From an uncultured delta proteobacterium (GTDB lineage Bacteria; Desulfobacterota; Desulfobacteria; Desulfobacterales; SG8-13), in the NCBI GenBank assembly GCA_963848135.1, contig CAWKCK010000005.1, positions 62,001-126,000 on the forward strand: a stretch of DNA of 64,000 bases, given 5' to 3'. The notes beneath the pieces are model-generated. The model was not told the origin of the DNA. It saw only the letters and a list, made by a program, of their open reading frames with translations, and made no database searches. Below, piece after piece: positions 1 to 10,324 of the stretch. Numbering within the stretch: the stretch's first letter is position 1; the number at the start of each line of letters is the position of its first letter. A program made the position numbers and the translations under genes.

Positions 1-567
1 TTTATCCCGCCAATACATGGCCTGGCCGGTCTCTTCTTGCGGCAGATCGATTTTCATCGGCTTCCCGAATTTATCTTCGAGGGTACGCAAAATATCGGAT
101 ATATCTCTGCTCGCGTTAATATGAATAAAGAGCGGCCGTTCGGTATGATTTGAGAAAACCAATTCGACATAGTAGAATGGAAGGTTTTTATTTCGCGCAT
201 AACGGTACATGAGCTTGACGGTGTTGTGCTCCACCCGCTCGCCCGGGGGTGTATTCAAACGAAGGTTCAGCTGGTAAAGATCGGGGAAATGTTTTTCGAG
301 AAAGCCTTCCCCGTTGACCTCCAAGTCGATGATGTTGCGGTATGAAATGGCATCGGAACCGAGGCTATTTTTCAAACGCTCGCGCAACGCTTCCGTATAC
401 GGTGTTGTCGCACCGACATCGAGAAATGCGAAACCCTCTGTCTGGGTCGGCGATTGAGGCACAGCCTGCTCTTCACCCGAACAGCCGGCCACAAGGGTGG
501 CAAACAGCCCGATGAGGCCAAAAAATAGGTTTCGAAAGGCACGTGTGTTTTTTCTGAATAGGCGCAT
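1..567 (-). CDS. Putative lipoprotein, hypothetical (runs off the left edge)
   Basis: Hand translation from ATG 567: MRLFRKNTRAFRNLFFGLIGLFATLVAGCSGEE..., lipobox VAGC; frame open to position 1; not in the ORF track because it is truncated. Confidence 0.75.
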   Translation of the reverse strand, partial: MRLFRKNTRAFRNLFFGLIGLFATLVAGCSGEEQAVPQSPTQTEGFAFLDVGATTPYTEALRERLKNSLGSDAISYRNIIDLEVNGEGFLEKHFPDLYQLNLRLNTPPGERVEHNTVKLMYRYARNKNLPFYYVELVFSNHTERPLFIHINASRDISDILRTLEDKFGKPMKIDLPQEETGQAMYWRDK

Positions 568-725
568 ACGATATGATAATCATCCTCTCAGGTATCTGTT
601 AGCTTCCAGAGCTGTCTAACTTTGAAAGCCTCCGCATCAAGGCTGGGGGGTTACCGATGGTTATTGATCTCGAAAACCTCATCCCGGCAGTGTCGGTTCC
701 CGCGAGTTTCTGCCGGAAATATTAG

Positions 726-934
726 ACCTAATTTGAGCGATTGTCGAGGTTGCCGCAGATACAAGGAAGATGTCGTTCCGCTATAGTCAGCTATGCGGGA
801 TGGTATATGACACCGTAGATGCGGCAAGATCGGCAATCCCAAAGGGTTTCAAATTTTAAAATCAAACGATGATAGAATTCCCTATATATAAAGCAGTTCC
901 CCCTCCTTTAAAATTTGAAACGCTCACTTTAGGT
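726..934 (+). mobile_element. MITE-like repeat family A, copy 1 (long variant with 46 extra bp in the AT palindrome)
   Basis: Ends ACCTAATTTGAGCG ... CGCTCACTTTAGGT (imperfect TIR); near-identical to 17003, 37488, 46851 and 54450. Confidence 0.9.
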
Positions 935-981
935 TAGATAATGCCTGAATGCATGTCAATAGTACAGGTAGTGATGACAAT

Positions 982-1338
982 ATGGATTCAAAAGAAGCGA
1001 TTCTCACATTTTCACAAAGTGAAAAGGTAAAGGCCGGTATCATCTGGGTAACGCAAGCGCTCGAATTCCTCATCCGGCTCCCGGAGAAAAACCGGCGCAG
1101 CGCCGAACGGATGGCGCATGTTTTTATCGGAATGATCCTGCATGATGTTCATCTGGCCGGCCGGTTGGCGACGGATCCGAAGTGGCACGAGGTGGAAAAG
1201 AACGTCGACCTGGCCCTTGTCATGCTCGATTCCGGTGTGCCCTCCGAAGCCGGGTACCATCTAACGAGGGCCTTGAGTTGTGTCACCGATATCGGCCAGC
1301 GGTCTATGAGTTACCTGAAGAAGCACGGGCTTCTCTAA
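982..1338 (+). CDS. Hypothetical protein
   Basis: Coding-like ORF, likely start MDSKEAIL. Confidence 0.7.
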   Translation: MDSKEAILTFSQSEKVKAGIIWVTQALEFLIRLPEKNRRSAERMAHVFIGMILHDVHLAGRLATDPKWHEVEKNVDLALVMLDSGVPSEAGYHLTRALSCVTDIGQRSMSYLKKHGLL

Positions 1339-1453
1339 TCGGACCCGGCGCTCATCGTTGCGCCTGAATATGTCCCTCTGGTTCCGCATGCCGCGGGCAT
1401 CCCGGCCGGAAGGAGACGAACCGGCGCGAGGGGCATTTCTCTGGCCGCATCGG

Positions 1454-1996
1454 TCACAGGACCTCCCGGCGTTGGAGATCCTCTATGTGAAAGGGGAACT
1501 CGGAACGGGACCGATCTTCAATATAACGTGCCAATGTCTTTTCGATTACCGGAAATGCCAAATCCGCCCACGGAATCTCGTCTACCCCAAAGAGCCGGAC
1601 TTCCAAGCTTTCCGGACCGGGCTTGAAATCCAGATCGGACAGGCACCCCCTGAACATAAGGTATATCTGATTGACATAGCAGATATTGTAGAGACCGTAA
1701 GGAACCATCCCGTGAATCGTAGCTCCGGCCTCTTCGTGGGTTTCCCGCCTGGCCCCCTCCGCTACGGTTTCTCCGTTTTCCAGATAGCCGGCCGGAAGGG
1801 TCCACAGCCCGTATCGTGGTTCGATCGCCCGCCGGCAGAAAAGGATCTTATCCTGCCACTCGGGAATGCAACCGACAACGACCCTGGGATTCTGGTAGTG
1901 AATCGTGCGGCAGGAACGACAAGTGTATCGTGGGCGATCATCTCCAGGGGGTATAACCAGGGTAACAGCGGAACCACATCGGCTACAATACTTCAT
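1454..1996 (-). CDS. NUDIX hydrolase with N-terminal zinc ribbon
   Basis: MKYCSRCG..CRSC and Nudix box GYLENGETVAEGARRETHEEAG. Confidence 0.93.
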   Translation of the reverse strand: MKYCSRCGSAVTLVIPPGDDRPRYTCRSCRTIHYQNPRVVVGCIPEWQDKILFCRRAIEPRYGLWTLPAGYLENGETVAEGARRETHEEAGATIHGMVPYGLYNICYVNQIYLMFRGCLSDLDFKPGPESLEVRLFGVDEIPWADLAFPVIEKTLARYIEDRSRSEFPFHIEDLQRREVL

Positions 1997-2047
1997 TCCA
2001 GTTGTCCTTCCACATTTGAACGCCAACACAGCAAAGTCAGCATAACG

Positions 2048-2899
2048 TCAACGCGGATTCAAAAGGATATAGTCCGCATCCTTAATGTTGACGGTTGTCT
2101 TGTCGATGCTGCCGGGAGTCTCCGGGAGAATGACGGTGATCGGAAGGTCCGTTCGGCTGTGGATCTGGCTTGGAATCGCTTGTTTGCGGACATGACCGGT
2201 GCCGGCCAGGATCACCATCGTGGTATCCGGATTTTTCAACAGGTAATCCACAGCGGTGACCGCCATCACAGTATCCCAGACCATTTGGGCTTCGCAGAAG
2301 TAAATGAAATTCAAATTGCCGTGGGTATGGCCGCCAAAGGCTTCACGGATAAATTCCATGTACTCCTTATCCACGCGACAGGAGACATTACCCAAGGTCC
2401 CCCGCTGCTCATCCGACAGGGATTGGTAACCCATCCGGGCAACCTGCCGGGTAATGTCGCTGGGTACATTTAACCCTATTACCGGAATATCATTGTCCCG
2501 GGCATAAACCAGGATCGGCCTGTAAAAGGAATAGGAAAAGGTCCAGTTGTTGTCGTAAACTTTTTCGAATGCATCTTCATCGAGTTTTCCTGATACCCAC
2601 CCATCGAGATCAGGCTGGCTGTCACGCCGAAACATTTCCATGCCGATTGCCACATTTACACCGGCCTCGTGAAGCATACGGATCACTTGCAGCTGTGCCC
2701 GGTGGTGACGCTCATTGGTGTGGTGTTCGCCCACCAAAACGAGGCGGTCTTTTTTCAGTTGGCCAATAACCTCGTTGTCGGTGCGTTCCGTCTGGCTGTT
2801 CACGTCGAAAAACCGCTGGTTGATGGTCTTTTCACTGGCGGTACAGCCGCCGGCAAGCAGGAAGATTGTGATGATCGCAAAAACGATTTTTCTATTCAT
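2048..2899 (-). CDS. ChaN-family lipoprotein
   Basis: Lipobox AGGC; VLVGEHH, GMEMF, AQMVWD, LAGTGHV motifs. Confidence 0.88.
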   Translation of the reverse strand: MNRKIVFAIITIFLLAGGCTASEKTINQRFFDVNSQTERTDNEVIGQLKKDRLVLVGEHHTNERHHRAQLQVIRMLHEAGVNVAIGMEMFRRDSQPDLDGWVSGKLDEDAFEKVYDNNWTFSYSFYRPILVYARDNDIPVIGLNVPSDITRQVARMGYQSLSDEQRGTLGNVSCRVDKEYMEFIREAFGGHTHGNLNFIYFCEAQMVWDTVMAVTAVDYLLKNPDTTMVILAGTGHVRKQAIPSQIHSRTDLPITVILPETPGSIDKTTVNIKDADYILLNPR

Positions 2900-2988
2900 C
2901 GGTGATCAACTTTCTCCAATTTGGGTACATGTATGTGAAAATTAAAAACACCACATAAATACGGAGATTCACCTGCTGAACGCTCCTG

Positions 2989-5082
2989 TCATTCATCGGA
3001 ACTGAACCGATAAATCAAGGGGGATTTTTCGATGGGCCAGATACCTTTGATCCGATTTCGGCCGCCGCTAAATGACAGATAACTGTATTTGCCGTAATGG
3101 GTAATTTTACGCGCCACCGCCTCCGCATAACGCACAGACAGCGGCAGAAAAAGTGCCGCTACCCGCCCGCGGGCGGAGGGATGATCGAACACGCCGAAAA
3201 ACGCATCGGACGGATTGTCATAAACCTGTTCGCTAAAGATGAAGCTCTTATCGGTGAAGTCTAACTTACGTTCACGGGCAACACGGCTCAGGAGTTGTTC
3301 GGTTGTCGCAGTATATCCGATCAACAACAGGTCATTGGATCCGAGTGCGTCCGGTGTCACCTGTTTCTCTGGCACAACCCGGTATTTATCAAGGCCCAGA
3401 GATTGCACCATTGTGTTCGCTACCGCTTGAAAATCTTTTCCGACACCATCAGCCACAACCACGAGAACAGAGTCGGCCCCCTTCAATGTATTGATCGAAG
3501 ATGGAATTTCAGAAGGATCGAGCCTTCTGAAAAAATTGACATCCGGATCGACCACTAAAGAAGTGGGCGACTGGACGCTCTCGATTTCGAATACGTCCGT
3601 GGCTTCTGACGACACCAGGGATACCTTATGACGAACCTCTTCTGCCGCGGACATCAAAGCAATCTCGACCTCGGCCGCGAAGTCGGGTGGATCCTGAACC
3701 AGCTCTGCTTTAATACGCCACTTGCCGTTCTTCCGTCCGGTGGTGACGTTAGCCAGAACCAGTCGGGGCGCACCGTCGCGATTGATCCACTGATCGAAGA
3801 ATTCTTTCAAATCGGTTCCACTGCGCCTTTCGAAACTTTGGCGGAGCTGGCGCCATGAAACGCGTTGGAACAGATGGTCCCGGTAGATATCGCGCAGGCT
3901 GCCCCAGAAGATATCTTCGCCCAATTTCCGGCGCAGCATATGAAAGACCATGGCACATTTATCGTAACCGATGGTTTTTGTCAGAGGGCTGCTGCGGCTT
4001 TGAAACTGGCTGATGGGAAAGTCGTTACCGGGATTCACGAGTGTGGCGTAATTCCGCAAGATCTGCTGCCGATATTCGCGGGCAGCCGCCGATGATTTCC
4101 GCTCCTTGTAAAGGTAGTCGGCCACGTATGTGGTCAGACCTTCGGACCAGTTGCCACCGCTGCCGTCGACATAAACGCCGTTCCCCCACCAACAGTGGGC
4201 GATTTCGTGCCCGAGGCTGGTATCGATGATAAACGGCAATCGCAGCACCCGGCTGCCCAGCAGCGTGTATGAAGGAAAACCAAAGCCAGTCGGAAAGAAG
4301 TTTTCCACCACAGCGAATTTTTCGAATGGGTAAGGACCGAAAAGGTCCTCATAAAGGCGAAGGTACCGAGCAGTGGCCTCGAGATATGGATCGGAGAGAT
4401 CAGCGCTATCAGGAAGAAAATACGTTGCTGCGGTCAGTCTGCCAATGGTTCTTTCCTTGACGAGATAACGGGCCGCTGAAAGCGATAGGCCGCGCACGGG
4501 GTAGTTGATCTCCCAGGTAGATACGGTTTTGTTCCCATCGGTCAAATGTCCCAGACTTCTCCCGGCAGTCACTGCAATCGTTCCGGCCGGGGCCTCGACC
4601 TGCAAGCGGTAGGTTGTGCTGTCGGCATCGATCTGCGGATACCAGCCGGCACCATCCAGCAATAACGTTCCCACCGGTGAGATGGTTCCGCTGACCCCGT
4701 AACCGGGATTGTCGGCATTGACCGGCATGACAGGCACAGGATCGTCAAAACGCACGAAATAGGTTACCGTAAATTTGAGGGCCGCCTTTTGCGTTTCTTC
4801 GGGGAACTGCGGACGAAGCAACGTGTTTTTGAATTCGAACGGAACTTCTTGGCCATTCATCTCGATTCTTACTGCAGTGGCATGCCGATTAATATGCAAA
4901 AGCGGACCAGCTACTGGCGCTGGCCGGATCAAAATGGTATCGACACCGCGGAGTTGATGGTTCACCGGATCGAGCACGATCCGCATGTCGTGGTGAACGT
5001 TAAAAGCATCGGCCGATGACACAAAAAACACTGCCAGAAATATGAGCAGTATTGATATCTGTTTCACTTTTCGATTTTTCAT
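2989..5082 (-). CDS. M1-family metalloaminopeptidase, secreted
   Basis: Signal peptide; HEIAH-x18-E (WSEGL); GYDK. Confidence 0.9.
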   Translation of the reverse strand: MKNRKVKQISILLIFLAVFFVSSADAFNVHHDMRIVLDPVNHQLRGVDTILIRPAPVAGPLLHINRHATAVRIEMNGQEVPFEFKNTLLRPQFPEETQKAALKFTVTYFVRFDDPVPVMPVNADNPGYGVSGTISPVGTLLLDGAGWYPQIDADSTTYRLQVEAPAGTIAVTAGRSLGHLTDGNKTVSTWEINYPVRGLSLSAARYLVKERTIGRLTAATYFLPDSADLSDPYLEATARYLRLYEDLFGPYPFEKFAVVENFFPTGFGFPSYTLLGSRVLRLPFIIDTSLGHEIAHCWWGNGVYVDGSGGNWSEGLTTYVADYLYKERKSSAAAREYRQQILRNYATLVNPGNDFPISQFQSRSSPLTKTIGYDKCAMVFHMLRRKLGEDIFWGSLRDIYRDHLFQRVSWRQLRQSFERRSGTDLKEFFDQWINRDGAPRLVLANVTTGRKNGKWRIKAELVQDPPDFAAEVEIALMSAAEEVRHKVSLVSSEATDVFEIESVQSPTSLVVDPDVNFFRRLDPSEIPSSINTLKGADSVLVVVADGVGKDFQAVANTMVQSLGLDKYRVVPEKQVTPDALGSNDLLLIGYTATTEQLLSRVARERKLDFTDKSFIFSEQVYDNPSDAFFGVFDHPSARGRVAALFLPLSVRYAEAVARKITHYGKYSYLSFSGGRNRIKGIWPIEKSPLIYRFSSDE

Positions 5083-5329
5083 TTGAAAGTAAGCAATTGG
5101 TACCGGCTTTCGAGAACCCTGTGATCAAAGTTAGCTAAAAAACTAAGACGGGAACCGGGAATGTCAAAATTGCGGTGCGTTCCTATGATGAAGATTTTTC
5201 CGGCACTTCCTTGACATTGGGCGTAAGAGCAAAATAATTTATGCATAAACGTTTGGAAGAATCCTCGCCTGTTTCACGCGGACAATTGGGTTTGCAACCG
5301 CAAGAATTATATAGATAGATGGTTGAAAA

Positions 5330-5881
5330 ATGGAAATCAAATTCTGCCCCGCCTGTGGCAACGGGCTTACAAATCAAACGATTGGAGCCAAAAAACGCCT
5401 GTATTGCCAGTGGTGCCGGCGGATACAATACCGTAACCCGATTGTCGGCGTGGCAGTCCTGATCGTCCGGGACAGCCGCATTCTTCTGGTCGAACGCAAC
5501 GGCTCCTATGCTGGAGCATGGTGCATTCCCTGCGGGTATGTCGAGTGGAATGAAGAAGTCCGCCAGGCTGCCAGCAGGGAACTTAAAGAAGAGACCGGAT
5601 TGGAGGCTGAAATTGGCCCCGCTTTTGCGGTGCATTCCAACTTCCATGATAAGGATAACCAGACCGTGGGAATCTGGTTTTGGGGCAAACCGATCGGGGG
5701 CAAATTGACGCCCGGCTCGGACGCCGCCGATACCGGATATTTTCCCATTGACAACCTGCCGAAGCCGATGGCATTTCCGACCGATCTTCTGGTTTGCCGT
5801 CAGTTAGAAGAGCACATCGCGATGAATTTGATCGATGATCGGCGAATAGGGATTTTTACAAAACCCCGCCGGGAGGAATAA
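5330..5881 (+). CDS. NUDIX hydrolase with zinc ribbon
   Basis: [33 protein letters not shown]. Confidence 0.92.
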   Translation: MEIKFCPACGNGLTNQTIGAKKRLYCQWCRRIQYRNPIVGVAVLIVRDSRILLVERNGSYAGAWCIPCGYVEWNEEVRQAASRELKEETGLEAEIGPAFAVHSNFHDKDNQTVGIWFWGKPIGGKLTPGSDAADTGYFPIDNLPKPMAFPTDLLVCRQLEEHIAMNLIDDRRIGIFTKPRREE

Positions 5882-6486
5882 TGACAAAAAAATCGGATTA
5901 TCTTAATGGTATGATCAAAAAATCGACACTTTACGGCGTGGCGGTCCTCTGTCTCGCTGCCGGTTTTTTAGGGGGTGTTGTCTTCAGCATTTACAAGTCG
6001 AGCAGTGCACCGGCCCAATCGCAGGCGCCGGTTCAAACCGAAGCCGGCGACCGCAGCCGAGAACTGGAAGCCTTGACAAAGGAAACCGCCCAGAATCCGA
6101 CCAACGTGACCGCCTGGATAGAACTTGGCAATCTCTATTTTGATACCGGCCAATTTGACAAATCCATCTGGGCCTACAAAAAATCTTTGGACATCGATCC
6201 GAATAACGCGAATGTCTGGACCGACATGGGCGTCATGTACCGACGCAGTGATCAACCACAGGAGGCAATCAAGGCCTTCGACGCGGCGATCCGGGTCGAT
6301 CCCAAACACGAAATCGCCCGTTTCAACAAGGGTATCGTTCTGCTGCACGATCTCAACCAACCGGAAGACGGCATCAAGGCATGGGAAGAACTCATGGAAG
6401 TCAATCCCTTGGCCATGGCCCCGAACGGAAAATCGGTTGACGAGTTGGTGGCCATCTACAAGAAAAACCTAAAGGACGCAAAATGA
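5881..6486 (+). CDS. Membrane-anchored TPR protein
   Basis: N-terminal TM helix; TPR-like AWIELGNLY / VWTDMGVMY / ARFNKGIV. Confidence 0.88.
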   Translation: MTKKSDYLNGMIKKSTLYGVAVLCLAAGFLGGVVFSIYKSSSAPAQSQAPVQTEAGDRSRELEALTKETAQNPTNVTAWIELGNLYFDTGQFDKSIWAYKKSLDIDPNNANVWTDMGVMYRRSDQPQEAIKAFDAAIRVDPKHEIARFNKGIVLLHDLNQPEDGIKAWEELMEVNPLAMAPNGKSVDELVAIYKKNLKDAK

Positions 6487-7022
6487 GCGCCAACAGGACC
6501 AACCACGTTATCATGACAAGCTGTCTGGTGCTGTCGTTGGTGGTTGCCTTGATACTGTCGGCCTGCAATAGCGGCACGGAAGAAAACCACACCGAGAAGC
6601 AGAAAAGGCGCCCCCTGATTGAGATCAAAAACACGGATGAATTCCGGCGAATCGTATCGGCAGCCGGGGATCGCCTGCTGATTTTTGACTTTTATGCGAA
6701 CTGGTGCCTGCCTTGCAAAGAGCTGGAACCGATCCTTGAAGCCGTTGCCTGGCAAAAAAGGGATGTGGTCGACATCTACCGGATCAATTATGACGAAAAT
6801 AACTCTCTGGCAGAACGAGTGGGGGTTCGTGGTATCCCTTTTGTCGCCTTTATCAAGAACCAGACCCTAGTTTACAGCCTCATGGGTCTGCGTCCGCAAA
6901 AAGCCTACCTTGAAGCCATCAGCAGTTTTACCCGTCCAGGTGAGTCGTCCGATTCGAAAGCCACAAACGGCGGCGTTCGTCTGCAACTAAACGGGCCGCC
7001 AGCCTCTCAACCCCCAGAATAA
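6483..7022 (+). CDS. Thioredoxin-family lipoprotein
   Basis: Lipobox LSAC; DFYANWCLPC; GIP cis-Pro loop. Confidence 0.88.
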   Translation: MSANRTNHVIMTSCLVLSLVVALILSACNSGTEENHTEKQKRRPLIEIKNTDEFRRIVSAAGDRLLIFDFYANWCLPCKELEPILEAVAWQKRDVVDIYRINYDENNSLAERVGVRGIPFVAFIKNQTLVYSLMGLRPQKAYLEAISSFTRPGESSDSKATNGGVRLQLNGPPASQPPE

Positions 7023-8204
7023 GAAGGCCAAACCCAGCCCGCTGATCAGCGCCGAGGTGATAGCGGTTGCCGTTATCCCTCCGGCCAACCACACCGGACC
7101 GCCGATCAACGCCCCGACGACCCGCCCAAGCCCGGCCGCCGCTAAAAGAATGGACATCATGGTGGCCCGTTGTGTCGGGACCAATTCTGTGGATAGGGAC
7201 AGGAAACAAACCATGGTGAATTCAAAAACCAGAAAAACGATAAATAGACCGGCCAGCGCCCCGGACAAATTCAGTCCCACAAATGGCAGGATCAGATAAC
7301 CAAGCATTGAAGCGATCACCCCTCCCCCCACAGCCAATTTCAGACCGATCCTGTCCGCCAGGGCGGCGGTTATGAACTCTCCCAGAAGTTCGGCCAGGCC
7401 GATCATTCCTGTTCCCAGACCCAATGCGACGATACTTAGGGAAAACGAATCTACAAGCCAAACGCCGTAAACCACAAACAGGTTGTCATTGGCGATACTG
7501 ATAAAAAACCCGAATCCCAGCGCACCGAATGCCTCCCGGCGTCTCAGGACCCGGCGCCAGGCTGCCCACATATTGCCGGTTGATCGGTTATCGGTGGTTT
7601 TTGAATGGTTGCGGTCGATCGTCAGTGTCAAGGCCAGAAACCCGACCAGACCGCCGGCCGCGAGGGCAAAAAAGGGTGACCGCCATCCGAAACGATCGAT
7701 CAACAAACCGATCAGGGGGATTCCGATAAGGGTGCTGCCGGCCCAGCTGAATTCCAGAACACCGATGATCAATCCCCGGCGTTCGAAGGGAATACGTTCA
7801 CCGGCATAGGCCTGGATCGATGGGTCAAAAATATTTTTCCCCAGTCCGGCCAGAAACAAACTAACCATCACCACTCCGTAATACGGAAGAAATCCGGAAG
7901 TCAGCATACCCGCCACAAGCATCCCCATTGCAGCCAGCATCATCAATCGATAGCCGAAACGATCCGCCAACGGACCGAAAAGCATGCCGACCAAACCGGT
8001 GGCCTGGTTAACGGCAATCAATGATGTCACCGCGGTCAAAGGAACATCCAGACCCCGGCTGAGAACCGGTGCGAACGGATAAACAAATCGCCGGGCCGTA
8101 TTCAAAAGCAGGCGACACAAACTTGCAGCAATTATGCTGCTGATCATTCTATGGCCGGTTTTTTCAGAATATCCGGCAGTCAATTTATTAAAAGATGGGG
8201 GCAT
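6987..8204 (-). CDS. MFS transporter (start may be 8147)
   Basis: About 12 hydrophobic segments; GPLADRFGYR motif A. Confidence 0.92.
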   Translation of the reverse strand: MPPSFNKLTAGYSEKTGHRMISSIIAASLCRLLLNTARRFVYPFAPVLSRGLDVPLTAVTSLIAVNQATGLVGMLFGPLADRFGYRLMMLAAMGMLVAGMLTSGFLPYYGVVMVSLFLAGLGKNIFDPSIQAYAGERIPFERRGLIIGVLEFSWAGSTLIGIPLIGLLIDRFGWRSPFFALAAGGLVGFLALTLTIDRNHSKTTDNRSTGNMWAAWRRVLRRREAFGALGFGFFISIANDNLFVVYGVWLVDSFSLSIVALGLGTGMIGLAELLGEFITAALADRIGLKLAVGGGVIASMLGYLILPFVGLNLSGALAGLFIVFLVFEFTMVCFLSLSTELVPTQRATMMSILLAAAGLGRVVGALIGGPVWLAGGITATAITSALISGLGLAFLFWGLRGWRPV

Positions 8205-8657
8205 GGTCAGTACCTTATGATCATGTTATCCGACGAGGAACAGGGAGCATTCCCTGGTTCTCTGTCACAAGTATTTTTAACATCCGGAAACTATCAATCT
8301 TCGTGATTTTCCCCAGCAACGTTTAGGGTTTAGCGATGATTGTCACGTCGGCCGCTATGGCCAACTCGCCCGCGGATACTGCGATTGAAACCCGGGTCTC
8401 GGTTGACATCTATAGACCAGTCCTTAAGTTTTTCGCTACGCTCTGGAATAAATTATTCCGGCGTTACCACCACCTGTGTCGTTTGAATCATCGCGTGTTG
8501 TCGACTGGAAAGCGGAGGAAACAATGGCGACTTCAGTGACTGATCACGCAGACCCAGGAAAGCGTCTCAAGAGTCGGTATCAAAGATATCGATTATAGTA
8601 AGCATAAATGAAATTGCGGGACAGTATCCAGGCAATTCGATTCACAGGAGGTGACCC

Positions 8658-8834
8658 ATGGTAAAATCCCCTAAAAAAAGTGCCGCCCGCTGCTGCGCAC
8701 TCGAGAAACAGCATCTAGCGGAAGAAATTAAAAAGTGTGATTTTTGCTCCGAAAGTTACGCGGATCTTCATCAATGTTATCGCAACGCTGCACGCTCCAG
8801 CGGCGAGCGAGCAAAGTCTTGCCTATTGGGGTAA
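8658..8834 (+). CDS. Small Cys-rich protein, 58 aa (below the ORF-track cutoff)
   Basis: AGGAGGTG RBS; MVKSPKKSAARCCALEKQHLAEEIKKCDFCSESYADLHQCYRNAARSSGERAKSCLLG; terminator follows. Confidence 0.7.
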   Translation: MVKSPKKSAARCCALEKQHLAEEIKKCDFCSESYADLHQCYRNAARSSGERAKSCLLG

Positions 8835-8881
8835 TAATAATGTGAATAGAGAAATTTAATCGTAAACGCCTTAACAATCAT

Positions 8882-8913
8882 AGCGCCCGGCGTCTCCCGG
8901 GCGCTTTAAGTTT
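8882..8913 (+). terminator. Intrinsic terminator
   Basis: AGCGCCCGG/CCGGGCGCT stem followed by T-rich tail. Confidence 0.65.
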
Positions 8914-9050
8914 AATTGATCGAATTCCGGGGACCATGCAGTTACGGGAAAAAGTGCAAAGAAAGATTGAGATCCCGACCGCTATCTGCTAAAAGTATCT
9001 ACTTAATCACACCGACATCATCATAAAAAACATCACACAGAAAAATACTT

Positions 9051-10268
9051 ATGAAAAAATACACTTTCTATGGCAACGTCCTATATCCTCTGATCGTTCT
9101 GACGCTTTTGTTACAGCCGGTAAATGTTTACGCTTCGTCAGACATGGAAAAGCGGCCCCTCGATAAAGCCCTTAACGCCGAATTGACCTACCTGCTCACA
9201 TTTGTCGGTGCCGAGGCGGTTGATCCGGGGTCGTTTTCGGTGGAAAGAATTTCTGCCCTTCTGAAATTTGTCGTTAAACCGAAAAATGAGGATGTACTTT
9301 ATTATGCCAAAGAGATCAATGGCGCCGCCTCGGCTTATCATGAAATCGACATAAAGGGGGAAATCGAGCAAATCCTGCGCTTGACGTACAATCCGGACAT
9401 TCCTTCCGTTATCACGATGCCGTCGACCCTGCGTTTGTCTCATTGGGAAAAAATAGACACCCCTGACAATGAGCTGCCAAAGTTTTGGGAGCGTCTTCCG
9501 GATTTGGACGCCCCTTTGGTCATTACCGGCATCGAACATATGGTCAATTCACCGGATCACAGTTCGGGCGCATATTTTGAATACGATCTTTACCGCACGC
9601 TGATCGTGATGAAGCACCAGGGGCGCAAGGTATTGATCAGCATTTCCAAACAGAAAGACGTTTCCGATGTCGGTAAAAAGGGCATCGTTATCGGGCCGGA
9701 TAAAAACTGGGATTACATCTATACCGATGTCCCCGGTGTGAACAAAGCCGGTTTCGGCTGGGTTAAATCTTATATGTACGATTCCTATTCGGTCTCGTTT
9801 TACAGCGAAATGGAAACCGACAGCCCGACTGTACGGTTTAGTGGCTTTAAATGGGTAAACGCCGGTTTTGCAGGAATCAATCTGGCCCGATCAATAAATA
9901 TTCACACCGGCATGGTCCGCTTTTCAAGAGGATTCAAGGAAATACTCGAAAATCCCCGCATTGCGAATACACCAGCCATCGCAAAGGCCTGGCAAACGGT
10001 TAAAAACCTTCCGGATCAGAACCTGAGGCAAATCACCCGGGATCATTTGGCAGAACTCGAAGAAAAATGCACCACCAACGGATTGATGTCCGACAAACAG
10101 GTGGCGTCATTGTTCGTCGACCAGCAGTATTTGAACACTCTCAATCGTGAGGAAATGCAGGTTCTCATTATCCTGGAGCATCTGAAACATATCCTGAACG
10201 ACTCGGAAACTCCGAAGCTCTCCTATCTTCCGACTGACCTGAAACTGCCACACGGTATAGAAAAATAA
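9051..10268 (+). CDS. Secreted hypothetical protein
   Basis: 405-aa ORF with signal peptide ending VYA. Confidence 0.8.
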   Translation: MKKYTFYGNVLYPLIVLTLLLQPVNVYASSDMEKRPLDKALNAELTYLLTFVGAEAVDPGSFSVERISALLKFVVKPKNEDVLYYAKEINGAASAYHEIDIKGEIEQILRLTYNPDIPSVITMPSTLRLSHWEKIDTPDNELPKFWERLPDLDAPLVITGIEHMVNSPDHSSGAYFEYDLYRTLIVMKHQGRKVLISISKQKDVSDVGKKGIVIGPDKNWDYIYTDVPGVNKAGFGWVKSYMYDSYSVSFYSEMETDSPTVRFSGFKWVNAGFAGINLARSINIHTGMVRFSRGFKEILENPRIANTPAIAKAWQTVKNLPDQNLRQITRDHLAELEEKCTTNGLMSDKQVASLFVDQQYLNTLNREEMQVLIILEHLKHILNDSETPKLSYLPTDLKLPHGIEK

Positions 10269-10324
10269 TTCCGGGCTCGGGGTATTTCTATTGATCGTAT
10301 TCCGCTTGAAAGAGGGAATCATAA

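Noticed and set aside
651..842. 63-aa ORF, and similar ORFs at 46668-47072 and 43624-43857
   Set aside because: They largely translate repeat family A sequence
1358..2473. 371-aa plus-strand ORF and other long antisense ORFs (18567-19550, 17637-18326, 44174-44794)
   Set aside because: Shadow frames opposite well-supported genes
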